In this document: in pieces, positions 54,525-63,619 of the stretch | Numbering within the stretch: the first letter of the stretch is position 1 | Layout of the letters: every line of letters starts with the position of its first letter | Source: a virus | DNA: 64,000 bases | Virus record (IMG/VR): IMGVR_UViG_3300033156_000692 | Direction: 5' to 3' (one strand) | Program-made: the position numbers and the translations under genes | The notes under the pieces: model-generated | Seen by the model: only the letters and a program-made list of their open reading frames with translations | Databases searched by the model: none | What the model was told of the DNA's origin: nothing

Positions 54525-56087
54525 ATGGCCTGGAAAGTTAGGCTCACCTGGCAAGAGGGTGCCACCGACCAGCAGGGGGATGGATTCAAGATCTATCGCT
54601 CCGTTGACGGCGGTAGCTATTCCCTCGTTGCCACTCTGCCTATTACCCAGACAAGCTGGGATGATACCAATGTTTCTGCCGGCCACAAGTACAGCTATCA
54701 GGTTAAGGAGTATAAGGGGAGCGATGTATCGCCGGCAGCGACCGTCACTGCTTATCTCCCGGCAGCTCCCGGCTCTTGCTCTGCGAGCTACGTTTCAGAT
54801 AGCCAGATCAATGTAAGTTGGTCGAATGTCTCGTATGAGACAGGCTATGAGCTTCAGCGCCAGGTAGATGGCGGTTCGTGGAGCACGATTGCCAACAAGG
54901 GAGCTGGCGTCACCAGCCATTCCGATACCGGCACGTCCGCAAACCATCGGTATCGCTACCGCGTCCGGGCAAAGGGGACGGGGAGCTATGTATCCGATTG
55001 GAGATATTCGGATTACGTCTACACCACCCCGGCGGCACCCTCCGGATGTACTGCTCACTATGTGGCTACAGATAAAGCCTACTGTACCTGGACAGATAAC
55101 TCTGCTTATGAACAGCAGTTCCGTGTTGAGTATCGGATAAATGATGGAAGCTGGACTTTTCTGGAAAATGCGGCGGCGGGGGCCACTTCATCCAGCCAGG
55201 TAAACGTCGGGGCGAACAAAAAGATCGAGTTTCGTGTTCGAGCTGAGCGGACTTCACCCGATGCCCTTCAATCTGCTTACAGCACCTCCGGGATCATATA
55301 CACCACGCCAGCTGCACCCTCTAACCTGCAACTTATATGGGTTGAGCCTGGTAGCCAGCTCCAACTCACGATCACAGACAACGCCGCCTATGAGCAAAAC
55401 ATCGAGTTCGAGCTGGAGATTGACGGCGAGTGGCAGGGGGCTGTGGTCGAGCCCGCCAACACTACTACGAAGACCTGGAACGTATCGGGGTTCCATCGCT
55501 ATCGGGCAAGGGCGAGGGCCACGAGATCTTCCCCGGATGCGTTGCAGTCTGCCTGGACCACATCTGGGGAGGCTGCCATGCTCGGCGCCACAGATGTTGG
55601 GCAAGGAGCGGAGACCCCCGTTCTAAGGGTCGGCGCCACAGACGTTGGGCAAGGAGCGGAGACCCCCGTTCTAAATGCTTCTCTCGCAGCGGGAGATATT
55701 GGGAGCGGAATAGATTTTGCCCAACCTTTCCCCACGCTGTTGGACATAGATGTCGGCCACGGTATAGACATCAGCGCTCTTGCAGAAGTCGTGCTGATGC
55801 CCATCGACTCCGGGCAGGGAACAGAAACTGCGATGCAGATCTTCCAAGACTTTGTAGGCCTTCAAGCGGGCGATGCAGGAACAGGAGCGGAATCTATTGA
55901 GTTGGAAGCTTTTATTTCCCACCCACTAGACCGCGGCTGCGGAGAAGAAGAAAGCGGTGCAATCGAGGCAATACTCATCGTAGTAGATGGCGCCGAAGGC
56001 GAGGAAACCATATTGCGGGTATTCACAAAGAAATACGGTAGACCTTGGGGAATGATTTCGGCTCAACTGCCCAAAATTCAGGAATAG
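54525..56087 (+). CDS. fibronectin type III repeat protein (tail fibre/decoration) with C-terminal degenerate DxGxG repeats
   Basis: Four FN3-like repeats (PAAPxxC...Y/W...); contains an exact 51-bp tandem duplication. Confidence 0.6.
   Translation: MAWKVRLTWQEGATDQQGDGFKIYRSVDGGSYSLVATLPITQTSWDDTNVSAGHKYSYQVKEYKGSDVSPAATVTAYLPAAPGSCSASYVSDSQINVSWSNVSYETGYELQRQVDGGSWSTIANKGAGVTSHSDTGTSANHRYRYRVRAKGTGSYVSDWRYSDYVYTTPAAPSGCTAHYVATDKAYCTWTDNSAYEQQFRVEYRINDGSWTFLENAAAGATSSSQVNVGANKKIEFRVRAERTSPDALQSAYSTSGIIYTTPAAPSNLQLIWVEPGSQLQLTITDNAAYEQNIEFELEIDGEWQGAVVEPANTTTKTWNVSGFHRYRARARATRSSPDALQSAWTTSGEAAMLGATDVGQGAETPVLRVGATDVGQGAETPVLNASLAAGDIGSGIDFAQPFPTLLDIDVGHGIDISALAEVVLMPIDSGQGTETAMQIFQDFVGLQAGDAGTGAESIELEAFISHPLDRGCGEEESGAIEAILIVVDGAEGEETILRVFTKKYGRPWGMISAQLPKIQE
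55574..55675 (+). repeat. two tandem copies of a 51-bp unit (GGCGCCACAGAYGTTGGGCAAGGAGCGGAGACCCCCGTTCTAA..) inside the FN3-protein gene
   Basis: Copies differ at about 4 positions; encode GATDVGQGAETPVL(R/N). Confidence 0.8.
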
Positions 56088-56103
56088 GGGGGGACGAGAA
56101 ATT

Positions 56104-56607
56104 ATGAAAGCCTTCCGTATAGCAATTAGAAAGGACAGGAAAGAAAACCAGACCACGTTCATCTGGCCGGACTGGTGGTGGAAGTACTACGAAAAGGCCC
56201 AGATCCTCGCTTACCAGGATGTGGGACAGGCCACGGAGTTCGCCATTGGAGTGGCGGACGCTGAGATCGTAGACGCCATGCTTCAGGAGGGGGGTGAGAT
56301 TCAGCAGATCCATCCGGATCTGGCGGATCATCTCATTCTAACATGGCGCCCTCCACGTGAAGCTATCACCGACGAACAGCGGGTACTCTCCGTTATTGCT
56401 AAGATGACCCGTGGGGAACCCCTGACTGAGGAGGACCAAAAAGCCCTTGATCCCAACGATCCCACACCGGGCGTAGTCAAGAAAATGCCACCCACCACTC
56501 GACGGGTTGCCCAGGAGCTCGGAAGAAAAATCCGGGAAGAAGGTTTCATACCACCGGAAGCAGCCGAAATTATTCGCCAACAGCTCGTGGAGGCGGGCCT
56601 GCGGTGA
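56104..56607 (+). CDS. hypothetical protein
   Basis: ORF. Confidence 0.45.
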   Translation: MKAFRIAIRKDRKENQTTFIWPDWWWKYYEKAQILAYQDVGQATEFAIGVADAEIVDAMLQEGGEIQQIHPDLADHLILTWRPPREAITDEQRVLSVIAKMTRGEPLTEEDQKALDPNDPTPGVVKKMPPTTRRVAQELGRKIREEGFIPPEAAEIIRQQLVEAGLR

Positions 56608-57227
56608 AGCCTAGTGTTTTTGTTGCCATCCCTAACTTGGGGGAAATCAGAACCGAGCTGGCCCTAACCTTACTTCATTGGATTGCCTCGGGCCAGTATC
56701 GGTTACATGTGTTCATGCCTATGTACATCCAACCGCACCATCGTGCACGCAATGTGTGCCACCGCGAATTCTTGAAGAAAGAAGATTATGGCTGGCTTCT
56801 ATTCATTGATGCTGATTGCGTGCCGCCGGTGCATGCGTTGGACAGACTTCTTTCCCACGACGTGCCAATTGTGGGGGGCGTGATACTCGCCTGGAGGGAT
56901 GCTGGCCCGATACCAGTGGCCCTTCGATGGGATAATGAAAAAGGCGGCTATGTACCCCACTATGGGCAGGGATTAGAAGAGGTAGATGTGGTGAGCATGG
57001 GGTGCACGCTCATCCGGCGCGACGTGCTTGAGAACATGCCCGTGGGCTCCTTTGCCTGGGGGGATAGACAGGACGGCTGCGACGGATATGGAGAAGAGTT
57101 TGTATTTTGCCGGCGGGCCAAAGAACTGGGATTCCAGCCATATTGCGATTATGGCCTTTTGATTGGTCACAGAAAGCCATTGGAGATCTTAGAAATTAAT
57201 CGTTTGTTATTGGGGGAACGGCCATGA
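56604..57227 (+). CDS. GT-A fold (family 2-like) glycosyltransferase
   Basis: LLFIDADCVP DxD motif; GT-A-like N-terminal Rossmann segment. Confidence 0.6.
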   Translation: MKPSVFVAIPNLGEIRTELALTLLHWIASGQYRLHVFMPMYIQPHHRARNVCHREFLKKEDYGWLLFIDADCVPPVHALDRLLSHDVPIVGGVILAWRDAGPIPVALRWDNEKGGYVPHYGQGLEEVDVVSMGCTLIRRDVLENMPVGSFAWGDRQDGCDGYGEEFVFCRRAKELGFQPYCDYGLLIGHRKPLEILEINRLLLGERP

Positions 57228-57910
57228 TTAACTGTCTGATTTCGTGCGATTTGGGCACCGACAGGATCTATAAGCACTCCGGGATTACATCTACAATTCT
57301 CACTTCATTTACTTCGCCCTCTACCAGCCCCTCTGGTTTGACCTTTGACGGAACAAATCTGATTTCATGTGATTGCGATGCTAATAAGATCTATAAGCAT
57401 TCTGGGATCTCGTCCACGATCCTTACTTCATTCGCTTCGCCCGCAGATCTCCCCTATGGCCTGGCCTTTGACGGAACAAATCTGATTTCATGTGATCGCA
57501 GTACCGATAAAATCTATAAGCATTCTGGGATTACGTCTACAATCCTTACTTCATTCAGGGCGCCTTATACCGATCCTTCTGGTTTGACTTTCGATGGAGC
57601 CAACCTAATCTCGTGTGATTTAAGTTCTAACAGACTCTACAAACACTCTGGAATTTCGTCCGGTCTTCTTGATTACTGCGATTCACCCGATGACTACCCC
57701 TCTGGCCTAACTTTTGATGGGACAAACGTGATTTCATGTGATTCCAGTCCACTGCAATACGGCACGATTTATAAACATATCGGATTTGGTGGTTACCAGG
57801 ATGCGTTCTATGCACCCGGTAATGACCCTTCGGGTCTGGCAATTCAATTTCTCTGGGACCCGGCTCAGAATCAGCCCCAGAACTTAACCGTTCAGGTGAT
57901 TAGTTACTAG
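57224..57910 (+). CDS. NHL-repeat beta-propeller protein (5-6 blades)
   Basis: Tandem ~40-aa repeats PSGLTFDGTNLISCDxxxxKIYKHSGIxSTILTSF; underlying ~120-bp DNA repeats are highly similar. Confidence 0.6.
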   Translation: MINCLISCDLGTDRIYKHSGITSTILTSFTSPSTSPSGLTFDGTNLISCDCDANKIYKHSGISSTILTSFASPADLPYGLAFDGTNLISCDRSTDKIYKHSGITSTILTSFRAPYTDPSGLTFDGANLISCDLSSNRLYKHSGISSGLLDYCDSPDDYPSGLTFDGTNVISCDSSPLQYGTIYKHIGFGGYQDAFYAPGNDPSGLAIQFLWDPAQNQPQNLTVQVISY

Positions 57911-57946
57911 TCTGAGTTGGCCTGGATGAAATCTAGGAGGTAAAGC

Positions 57947-58276
57947 ATGGCAATAGTTCACCCCCCCAAAATCCTAGCGTATGAGCTTGGCGTAGCAGCT
58001 GGTGCCGATTCCAATCGCTTCGTCCCATCTTCAGGACAATCGTGGGAAGTCCATTCAATTCTCGTCACAAAGCCGGCCACACTCTATCGAGATTTCGATC
58101 CGGCCGCGCAAGGCACTTGGGACGTTCGTGTCAAGGTCGATTCCATCGCTGATAGCGATGGCGGGGAGTTCCATGGCTATAAATTCGAGCTGGACGAGCA
58201 TAGTGGCATCACCGTCCACAACGACGGCACAGAGTCAATGGACGTGGTTTTGGTCGGGGTTGTAATCACTGACTAA
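57947..58276 (+). CDS. hypothetical protein
   Basis: ORF with AGGAGG RBS. Confidence 0.45.
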   Translation: MAIVHPPKILAYELGVAAGADSNRFVPSSGQSWEVHSILVTKPATLYRDFDPAAQGTWDVRVKVDSIADSDGGEFHGYKFELDEHSGITVHNDGTESMDVVLVGVVITD

Positions 58277-58288
58277 GGAGAGAACAAT

Positions 58289-59554
58289 ATGGGAAGACTA
58301 AAAACTCCCTATCAAGGAAGCAACCTTAAGATCCCGATTGAATCTGATCTGGATCGGCTTTCCGACGTGACCATCTCTTCCCCGTCAAATGATGAGGTGC
58401 TAGTATATGATTCAGGATCTGGCAAGTGGCTCAACAAGGCGCCTACATTCCTTAAACTGGACGACACTCCATCCTCGTTTGCTGGAGCGGCTGGAAGATA
58501 TATACGAGTAACTCCTGACGAAAATGCTCTTGAATACGCTGACACAGCACTATTTACGGCAACGAAAGAAGAAACAGTGATATACGTGGACACAACCGGA
58601 AATGATGTCACAGGAGACGGAAGTGCTGAGAATCCGTTCGCTTCAGTTGGCCGGGCCATTCAGTGGTTTAAAGAGAATGCGGCCTACATTCTTCACGAGA
58701 GCGAGATCCGAATGAGCAAGGGCACCTATACGGTTAATGAAGAAATTTCCCTGGATGGTCTCTTGTGCTCAAGTCCGCTCACAATCCACGCCTGTGCGAC
58801 CGATGGCACGCCATTCTATACAAACGGTTTAGCGTCCGGTGGGGCTGGCAATACGATTACGCTGGAGGCCGGGACTTCTTGGCCCTCGGACCATTTCACT
58901 GGGTGTAAGGTATGGATTTTCTCCGGCACTGGTGCGGGGCAAATCCGCACGGTTACGGCAAGCTCGTCAGACGATCCTTGTGTGCTGACCGTCGATCCCG
59001 CCTGGGACACTGTACCCGATAATACGAGTTACTATGTAGTTGGCGGCGGGGCCGTACTTCAGGGCGATGGCTCCTTTATCATGCTGAGAGGCACTGGCCT
59101 TGGCGCTGTTTACATACTGGGACTAGGGATCGATAATGCAAGCCAAGGATGCTCTTTCAAGGCGATGTCTGACATACAAGTAAAATTCTGTCACATATTT
59201 AATTGCGTCATAGGAGTGTCTCTCTGGAACTCCCTCTGCAGCACGAACTTTAACTACATAGTGGCGTCAGACAACGGGATAATATTATGGAGGGGCTCTT
59301 ATGACGCTACCCGGCGCAATGTGCTTATAGCAAGCACTCCCGGTAGCGGGACAGGCGTTTCCATCGGGGAAGGTGGATTCACCGCGATGCACGGCGGCGC
59401 ATCGAGCCTTAATTACTTCAAGGATTGGAACAAAGGCATCTACGCAAGCCGTGGCGGGCTAGTTGACGCCGGAAGTAGGCAAACCTTCGTCAACTGCACG
59501 ACGAATACATATCAGGATGGTAGCCAGCCCACAATACCAAGCTATATCAGTTGA
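58289..59554 (+). CDS. right-handed parallel beta-helix protein (tailspike/depolymerase-like)
   Basis: Beta-helix-like repeats (NASQGCSFKAMSDIQVKFCHIFNCVIGVSLWNS...). Confidence 0.5.
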   Translation: MGRLKTPYQGSNLKIPIESDLDRLSDVTISSPSNDEVLVYDSGSGKWLNKAPTFLKLDDTPSSFAGAAGRYIRVTPDENALEYADTALFTATKEETVIYVDTTGNDVTGDGSAENPFASVGRAIQWFKENAAYILHESEIRMSKGTYTVNEEISLDGLLCSSPLTIHACATDGTPFYTNGLASGGAGNTITLEAGTSWPSDHFTGCKVWIFSGTGAGQIRTVTASSSDDPCVLTVDPAWDTVPDNTSYYVVGGGAVLQGDGSFIMLRGTGLGAVYILGLGIDNASQGCSFKAMSDIQVKFCHIFNCVIGVSLWNSLCSTNFNYIVASDNGIILWRGSYDATRRNVLIASTPGSGTGVSIGEGGFTAMHGGASSLNYFKDWNKGIYASRGGLVDAGSRQTFVNCTTNTYQDGSQPTIPSYIS

Positions 59555-60009
59555 GGGGGAGAGACATGTGGGCGCTGATTTATAAGACGGACTATGGAGG
59601 ATACCAAGCAGGTGCCCTGCATCTGATCGGTCAAGGTCCCTTTGATCCCGGCAACCACAACATGGACATACTGGAGTACGTAGAGATCCCGGATCAGGAT
59701 GTGTCACATCTATATGACGAGGAAGGAAACCTCCATGGGACGCTGGCCGATCTCAAGCAATACACAGCCGAAGAAAAGGCTGCCCTTATCGATCGCGAAA
59801 CTGGCCAAGAAATAAATAAAGAAATCCATCTTTTCGCCAGTATTGAAGAACAAATCGGCATCCTCCGCGAACAGCTTGTGCACGTCCTGAACGCACTAGG
59901 AATAGAACCCACGCCAGAGTTCGCTAAGCTCAACGAGATCGCCATCAAGGAGATAGAAGCGGCCAGGAAGAAGAAGGAAGTGCTCAATGCCCAAGACGAC
60001 ACCGCTTAG
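59551..60009 (+). CDS. hypothetical protein
   Basis: ORF. Confidence 0.4.
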   Translation: MRGRDMWALIYKTDYGGYQAGALHLIGQGPFDPGNHNMDILEYVEIPDQDVSHLYDEEGNLHGTLADLKQYTAEEKAALIDRETGQEINKEIHLFASIEEQIGILREQLVHVLNALGIEPTPEFAKLNEIAIKEIEAARKKKEVLNAQDDTA

Positions 60010-60178
60010 GCAGGATCTGAGCAAGCGGGCGGCCAAGAGAGAAGAGGCCAAGAAGATGAAGCGCCTCCGGCCCGGCCAAGGGCACAAGGTCACGGACCTT
60101 ATCGAAAACATCATCGCCCGCCTGGAGGCTATTGAGGAGATCCTGGGGCTAGTCAAAGAAGATGAGAGTGTCAGATGA
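59987..60178 (+). CDS. small basic coiled-coil protein
   Basis: ORF, 63 aa. Confidence 0.3.
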   Translation: MPKTTPLRQDLSKRAAKREEAKKMKRLRPGQGHKVTDLIENIIARLEAIEEILGLVKEDESVR

Positions 60179-60232
60179 GGTTTTTGTGGAAGTAAATTTC
60201 TCTCAGGATCAACCTGACTCGTAATCCCCCCC

Positions 60233-60700
60233 ATGCTTCAAGGTACCACGGTTCTTGGTTGTGCTGAACTCGCCGGGCCTTCCACTGTGGTGGGCATGGC
60301 GGAACTCGGAACTCCCACAGCCTGGCTTGCTTGCGTCATCGTTGTAGCCGACGCCGGGGCAGGGACGGAAGCATCTATTCTAGGTGCGATCGTCAGTGTA
60401 CTAGATGGTGGTACTAGCACGGACCTAAGCGACCTATCTGCACTGCTTTCCCCAACAGATGCTGGAGCGGGCAGCGGCCGGGCATTTTTTCTCATTGATG
60501 ATCTTGACACCGCTTCGGGTAGCGACAAAGTTCTATATCTGTTCGTTCGCTATCCCGGCTCGCCATGGGGATGGAAGGTATACCGGGTGGTGCCGGCGCC
60601 TACCTCTCATGATGCTGGACTGCCAGGCTTAACTGAAAGCGAAGTCCCGGCAAGTGCTCCTAGCAAGGTCCGTTTGCCCGGCTTAAACAAGATAGTTTAA
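60233..60700 (+). CDS. hypothetical protein
   Basis: ORF. Confidence 0.35.
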   Translation: MLQGTTVLGCAELAGPSTVVGMAELGTPTAWLACVIVVADAGAGTEASILGAIVSVLDGGTSTDLSDLSALLSPTDAGAGSGRAFFLIDDLDTASGSDKVLYLFVRYPGSPWGWKVYRVVPAPTSHDAGLPGLTESEVPASAPSKVRLPGLNKIV

Positions 60701-60727
60701 GGACACATTGTCTAATTGGAGGTCTGT

Positions 60728-61228
60728 ATGGCCCATACCTGGGAAATTACCCTACCTAAGCCGCCGGATGATGTATGGCCAATCCTGGTGGATTTCACCG
60801 ACCGGCTAGATACGGCCAATGGCGAAGAATTGAGCATGGCCTCTGTAGAGGTCTATAAACTTCAGAAATATGACCAAGAGGTAGGGACTATTGATTTAAC
60901 TAATGCCAACCGAGTTACAGTAACCGTTGAGCGTTCGGGCGAGCCGACAGAGCACATAGCGTCATATCTAGTTAATGGACAGCCGTCAATGAAACTCCTG
61001 TTTCCTACTACGTACAACGCCCAGCAGGTGAACGGCATCGTCCTCCCCGAATCGGTAGTTATTGGGCCTTCTGGGGGGACCCCCCCAAATACCCAGGTGT
61101 CATTTGAGATTCGGGGCGGCGAAGATGGAGCGCGTTATGCTGCCCTGGTAACGGCAACCACCAATCAGGGCCGCCAGCACTCTTGTGCCATTCGTTTTTC
61201 CGTGGAGTCCATCAATCTGACAGGCTAG
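60728..61228 (+). CDS. hypothetical protein
   Basis: ATG with GGAGGT RBS. Confidence 0.4.
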   Translation: MAHTWEITLPKPPDDVWPILVDFTDRLDTANGEELSMASVEVYKLQKYDQEVGTIDLTNANRVTVTVERSGEPTEHIASYLVNGQPSMKLLFPTTYNAQQVNGIVLPESVVIGPSGGTPPNTQVSFEIRGGEDGARYAALVTATTNQGRQHSCAIRFSVESINLTG

Positions 61229-61326
61229 GAGGCCAATAATGCACAAGCCGAAATACGTCTTTCGGCTTCCCCCCATTCGGTTGATTCCGGCCAAACCGAT
61301 CTCAGTAGCAAAGGAGGAGCCTAGCA

Positions 61327-61866
61327 ATGGAGAGAAATGAACAAGTAATGCACAAGACCATTACTCAGGTGCTGAAGTTTTCCAGCCGCGAGGAGTACGA
61401 AAAGGCCCTGGCGGCTGGCTATCTGGACCCAACCAAGGACTGGTCGCAGGAGCGGCCTGACAACGCCGAACTCGTCGAGGTTGAGGGCAACATCCTGCTC
61501 AACGAGGGCATCAACAATGGCATCTGGCCGCTTGTGTGTGGGGACAGCGCTGCCACCCCATTTAACAACGCCAACGCCCGCATCGGCGTAGGAGATGGCA
61601 CCGACGCCGAGAGTGCCACCCAGACCGGCCTCACCGGCACCAACCAGCTCTACAAGGGCATGGACGACGGGTATCCCACCTACGGCACAGACCAAAAGGC
61701 TACATGGCAAGCAACCTTCGACGAGACCGAAGCGAACTGGACTTGGAATGAGTGGACAATCGACAATGGAGCCGCTGGAGGAGTCAACCTCAACCGCAAG
61801 GTTGAGAACCTGGGAACCAAAACTACCGGGGTGTGGGTGCTCCGTGTAAGCATCACGCTGTCTTAG
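61327..61866 (+). CDS. hypothetical protein
   Basis: ORF. Confidence 0.45.
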   Translation: MERNEQVMHKTITQVLKFSSREEYEKALAAGYLDPTKDWSQERPDNAELVEVEGNILLNEGINNGIWPLVCGDSAATPFNNANARIGVGDGTDAESATQTGLTGTNQLYKGMDDGYPTYGTDQKATWQATFDETEANWTWNEWTIDNGAAGGVNLNRKVENLGTKTTGVWVLRVSITLS

Positions 61867-61878
61867 TAGGAGGACCTA

Positions 61879-62013
61879 ATGGCTAGCAAGAACAGGGCAC
61901 CGGGATACGAGCAGTGCCCCGGCTGTAAGGCAGTAGAGAAGGACGGCAAGGTGTGTAACCCACACAATGCCGCCTTTTGTCCTATAGCATGGGCCAAAAA
62001 TAGCAACAAATAG
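61879..62013 (+). CDS. small Cys-containing protein (44 aa)
   Basis: TAGGAGGACCTA RBS; MASKNRAPGYEQCPGCKAVEKDGKVCNPHNAAFCPIAWAKNSNK. Confidence 0.35.
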   Translation: MASKNRAPGYEQCPGCKAVEKDGKVCNPHNAAFCPIAWAKNSNK

Positions 62014-62096
62014 AGACGGAGGCCCGCCTAGTCTTCTGGATCGCCAACGGGGGCTAGGTGAGCCTTCTTTTGGTATAATACTTTTAAGGGGCTGTC

Positions 62097-62621
62097 ATGA
62101 TCATCACCTACCCAAACGAGATACTACGTAGGCTATGCGAGCCCGTGGAGTACGGTGGGGTGGCGGCTACTACCGCTGCCGAGAGGTTGCTGCAAGCATA
62201 CGAGTCCTTGCCGGAAAAACCCTTGGGCCTGGCGGCCCCGCAGGTGGGGATCTCATACCGCGTCGTTCTAGTTCGGATCAAGGGGAGGCCCCACATCTAT
62301 TACAACCCTCGTGTGGTGGCCCGCGGCAAGCTGCTGGCAGAGGCGCCGGAAGGTTGCCTCTCCTTTCCAGGGCTGACGGTATCGGTGCCACGGGCCGCGT
62401 TCATTGTGCTCGGCGCAATTGACCAGAATGGCAAGGAAGTACTACAGACGATAAATGGGCAGCTAGCGAGAGTGTTTCAGCACGAGATAGACCATCTAAA
62501 CGGGATTTTGATGATAGATAGGCTTCCCGCGAAAGAACGAAAAAGGGCCTTAAGGGAATGGAGGAAAGATAGGATAGCCGCAGCGCCGAAACCAGAGCTC
62601 CAGACCGTAAAGGAGGTATGA
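62097..62621 (+). CDS. def: peptide deformylase
   Basis: All three PDF motifs: GLAAPQVG, EGCLSFPG, QHEIDHLNG. Confidence 0.9.
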   Translation: MIITYPNEILRRLCEPVEYGGVAATTAAERLLQAYESLPEKPLGLAAPQVGISYRVVLVRIKGRPHIYYNPRVVARGKLLAEAPEGCLSFPGLTVSVPRAAFIVLGAIDQNGKEVLQTINGQLARVFQHEIDHLNGILMIDRLPAKERKRALREWRKDRIAAAPKPELQTVKEV

Positions 62622-62845
62622 TGGCCGCGGAACAGACCGGATACTTCAATCCTACAACACTGACGACGGGGTACATAAGCAACGAGATGGGATGTTGGCC
62701 CTACCCCCCTTGGTGCCCTTTCCGCTGCCCATGCTGTCGGTGGGCTTGGTGGGTACCACCTCCCTGCCAGCCTCCGTCTAAATGGATCACTATATGCGCT
62801 GGCGATACCAAAGACAAAGAGACGCAAACTGAAGAGCCCTCCTAA
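62618..62845 (+). CDS. small Cys/Trp/Pro-rich protein
   Basis: ATG overlaps the def stop (ATGA); AAGGAGGT RBS. Confidence 0.45.
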   Translation: MMAAEQTGYFNPTTLTTGYISNEMGCWPYPPWCPFRCPCCRWAWWVPPPCQPPSKWITICAGDTKDKETQTEEPS

Positions 62846-62866
62846 ACAGGAGGGCTCAAATCTTTA
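62835..62866 (+). terminator. intrinsic terminator AGCCCTCCT-AAAC-AGGAGGGCT followed by a T-rich tract
   Basis: Perfect 9-bp stem at 62835..62856, then CAAATCTTTAT. Confidence 0.55.
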
Positions 62867-62938
62867 TACGCCCGGGAGGATTCGAACCCCCAGCGTGGGG
62901 TTAGAAGCCCCACATGTTCTCCATTACACCACGGGCGC
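62867..62938 (-). tRNA. tRNA-Arg (anticodon UCU); CCA not encoded
   Basis: Hand-folded cloverleaf: acceptor GCGCCCG/CGGGCGU, anticodon loop CUUCUAA, T-loop TTCGAAT. Confidence 0.7.
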
Positions 62939-63016
62939 TGGCGGGGACGACGGGATTCGAACCCGTGGCCTTCGGCTCGACAAGCCGACGTGCACTCCAG
63001 GCTGCACCACGCCCCC
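62939..63016 (-). tRNA. tRNA-Asp (GUC); CCA encoded
   Basis: Anticodon stem TCGGC/GCCGA, loop TTGTCGA, T-arm ACGGG-TTCGAAT-CCCGT. Confidence 0.75.
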
Positions 63017-63019
63017 GTG

Positions 63020-63097
63020 TGGAGAGAGGGGTGGGATTTGAACCCACGAATACCCGGGTTGCAACCGGGTGCCTTAAACCTGCTTGGCTACCCCCTC
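63020..63097 (-). tRNA. tRNA-Cys (GCA); CCA encoded; discriminator U
   Basis: Anticodon stem CCCGG/CCGGG, loop TTGCAAC, T-loop TTCAAAT. Confidence 0.7.
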
Positions 63098-63174
63098 TGG
63101 TGGGCTGTGGAGGACTCGAACCCCCAACCCTCGGCTCCGAAGGCCGATGTTCTGGTCCATTGAGCTAACAGCCC
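63098..63174 (-). tRNA. tRNA-Arg (UCG); CCA encoded
   Basis: Anticodon stem TCGGC/GCCGA, loop CTTCGGA; 3' end abuts the previous tRNA 5' end with zero spacer. Confidence 0.65.
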
Positions 63175-63176
63175 TC

Positions 63177-63251
63177 TGTCCCCGGGCGGATTTGAACCGC
63201 CGATCTCCGGGTTGAAAGCCCGACGGGTTGACCTGACTACCCCACGGGGAC
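63177..63251 (-). tRNA. tRNA-Glu (UUC); CCA not encoded
   Basis: D-stem GGGT/ACCC, anticodon loop CTTTCAA, T-arm GGCGG-TTCAAAT-CCGCC. Confidence 0.7.
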
Positions 63252-63327
63252 TGGTGGGCCGCGCAGGGCTCGAACCTGCGGCCTCCTGGTTAAAAGCCAG
63301 GAGCTCTGCCGACTGAGCTAGCGGCCC
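63252..63327 (-). tRNA. tRNA-Lys (UUU); CCA encoded
   Basis: GGGCCGC-TA-GCTC-AGTCGGC-AGAGC..CCTGG-CTTTTAA-CCAGG.. Confidence 0.75.
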
Positions 63328-63390
63328 TTGACAATTCATCAAGATAAGGCTAACGCCATTAGCCTTATCTCGTATTGGTGTCAAGTTCTT
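63328..63390. other. nested inverted repeats in the tRNA-array spacer (AGATAAGGCTA-N7-TAGCCTTATCT inside CTTGACA...TGTCAAG)
   Basis: 11-bp perfect inner stem and 7-bp outer stem seen directly. Confidence 0.6.
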
Positions 63391-63467
63391 GGCGGGCCGG
63401 GAGGGAATCGAACCCCCACACACCGGATTTGGAGTCCGGCGCTCTAGCCAATTGGAGCTACCGACCC
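63390..63467 (-). tRNA. tRNA-Trp (CCA); CCA encoded
   Basis: Anticodon stem CCGGA/TCCGG, loop CTCCAAA. Confidence 0.7.
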
Positions 63468-63543
63468 TGGTGGGTTGCGAGGGAATCGAACCCCCAGCCT
63501 GCCGGTTAAGAGCCGGCTGCTCTGCCAATTGAGCTAGCAACCC
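63468..63543 (-). tRNA. tRNA-Lys (CUU); CCA encoded
   Basis: Anticodon stem GCCGG/CCGGC, loop CTCTTAA; abuts tRNA-Trp. Confidence 0.7.
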
Positions 63544-63619
63544 TGGCGCGAGCTGCGGGATTCGAACCCGCAACCTGTGCCCTGGCAAGGCACTGTGCTA
63601 CCGATTGCACCAAGCCCGC
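63544..63619 (-). tRNA. tRNA-Gly (GCC); CCA encoded
   Basis: Anticodon stem GTGCC/GGCAC, loop TTGCCAG. Confidence 0.7.

Noticed and set aside
54525-57910. Possible CRISPR array suggested by regular tandem repeats
   Set aside because: The repeats (FN3 units, the 51-bp duplication, the 120-bp NHL units) are in-frame protein-coding repeats without unique spacers of constant length. Not a CRISPR array.
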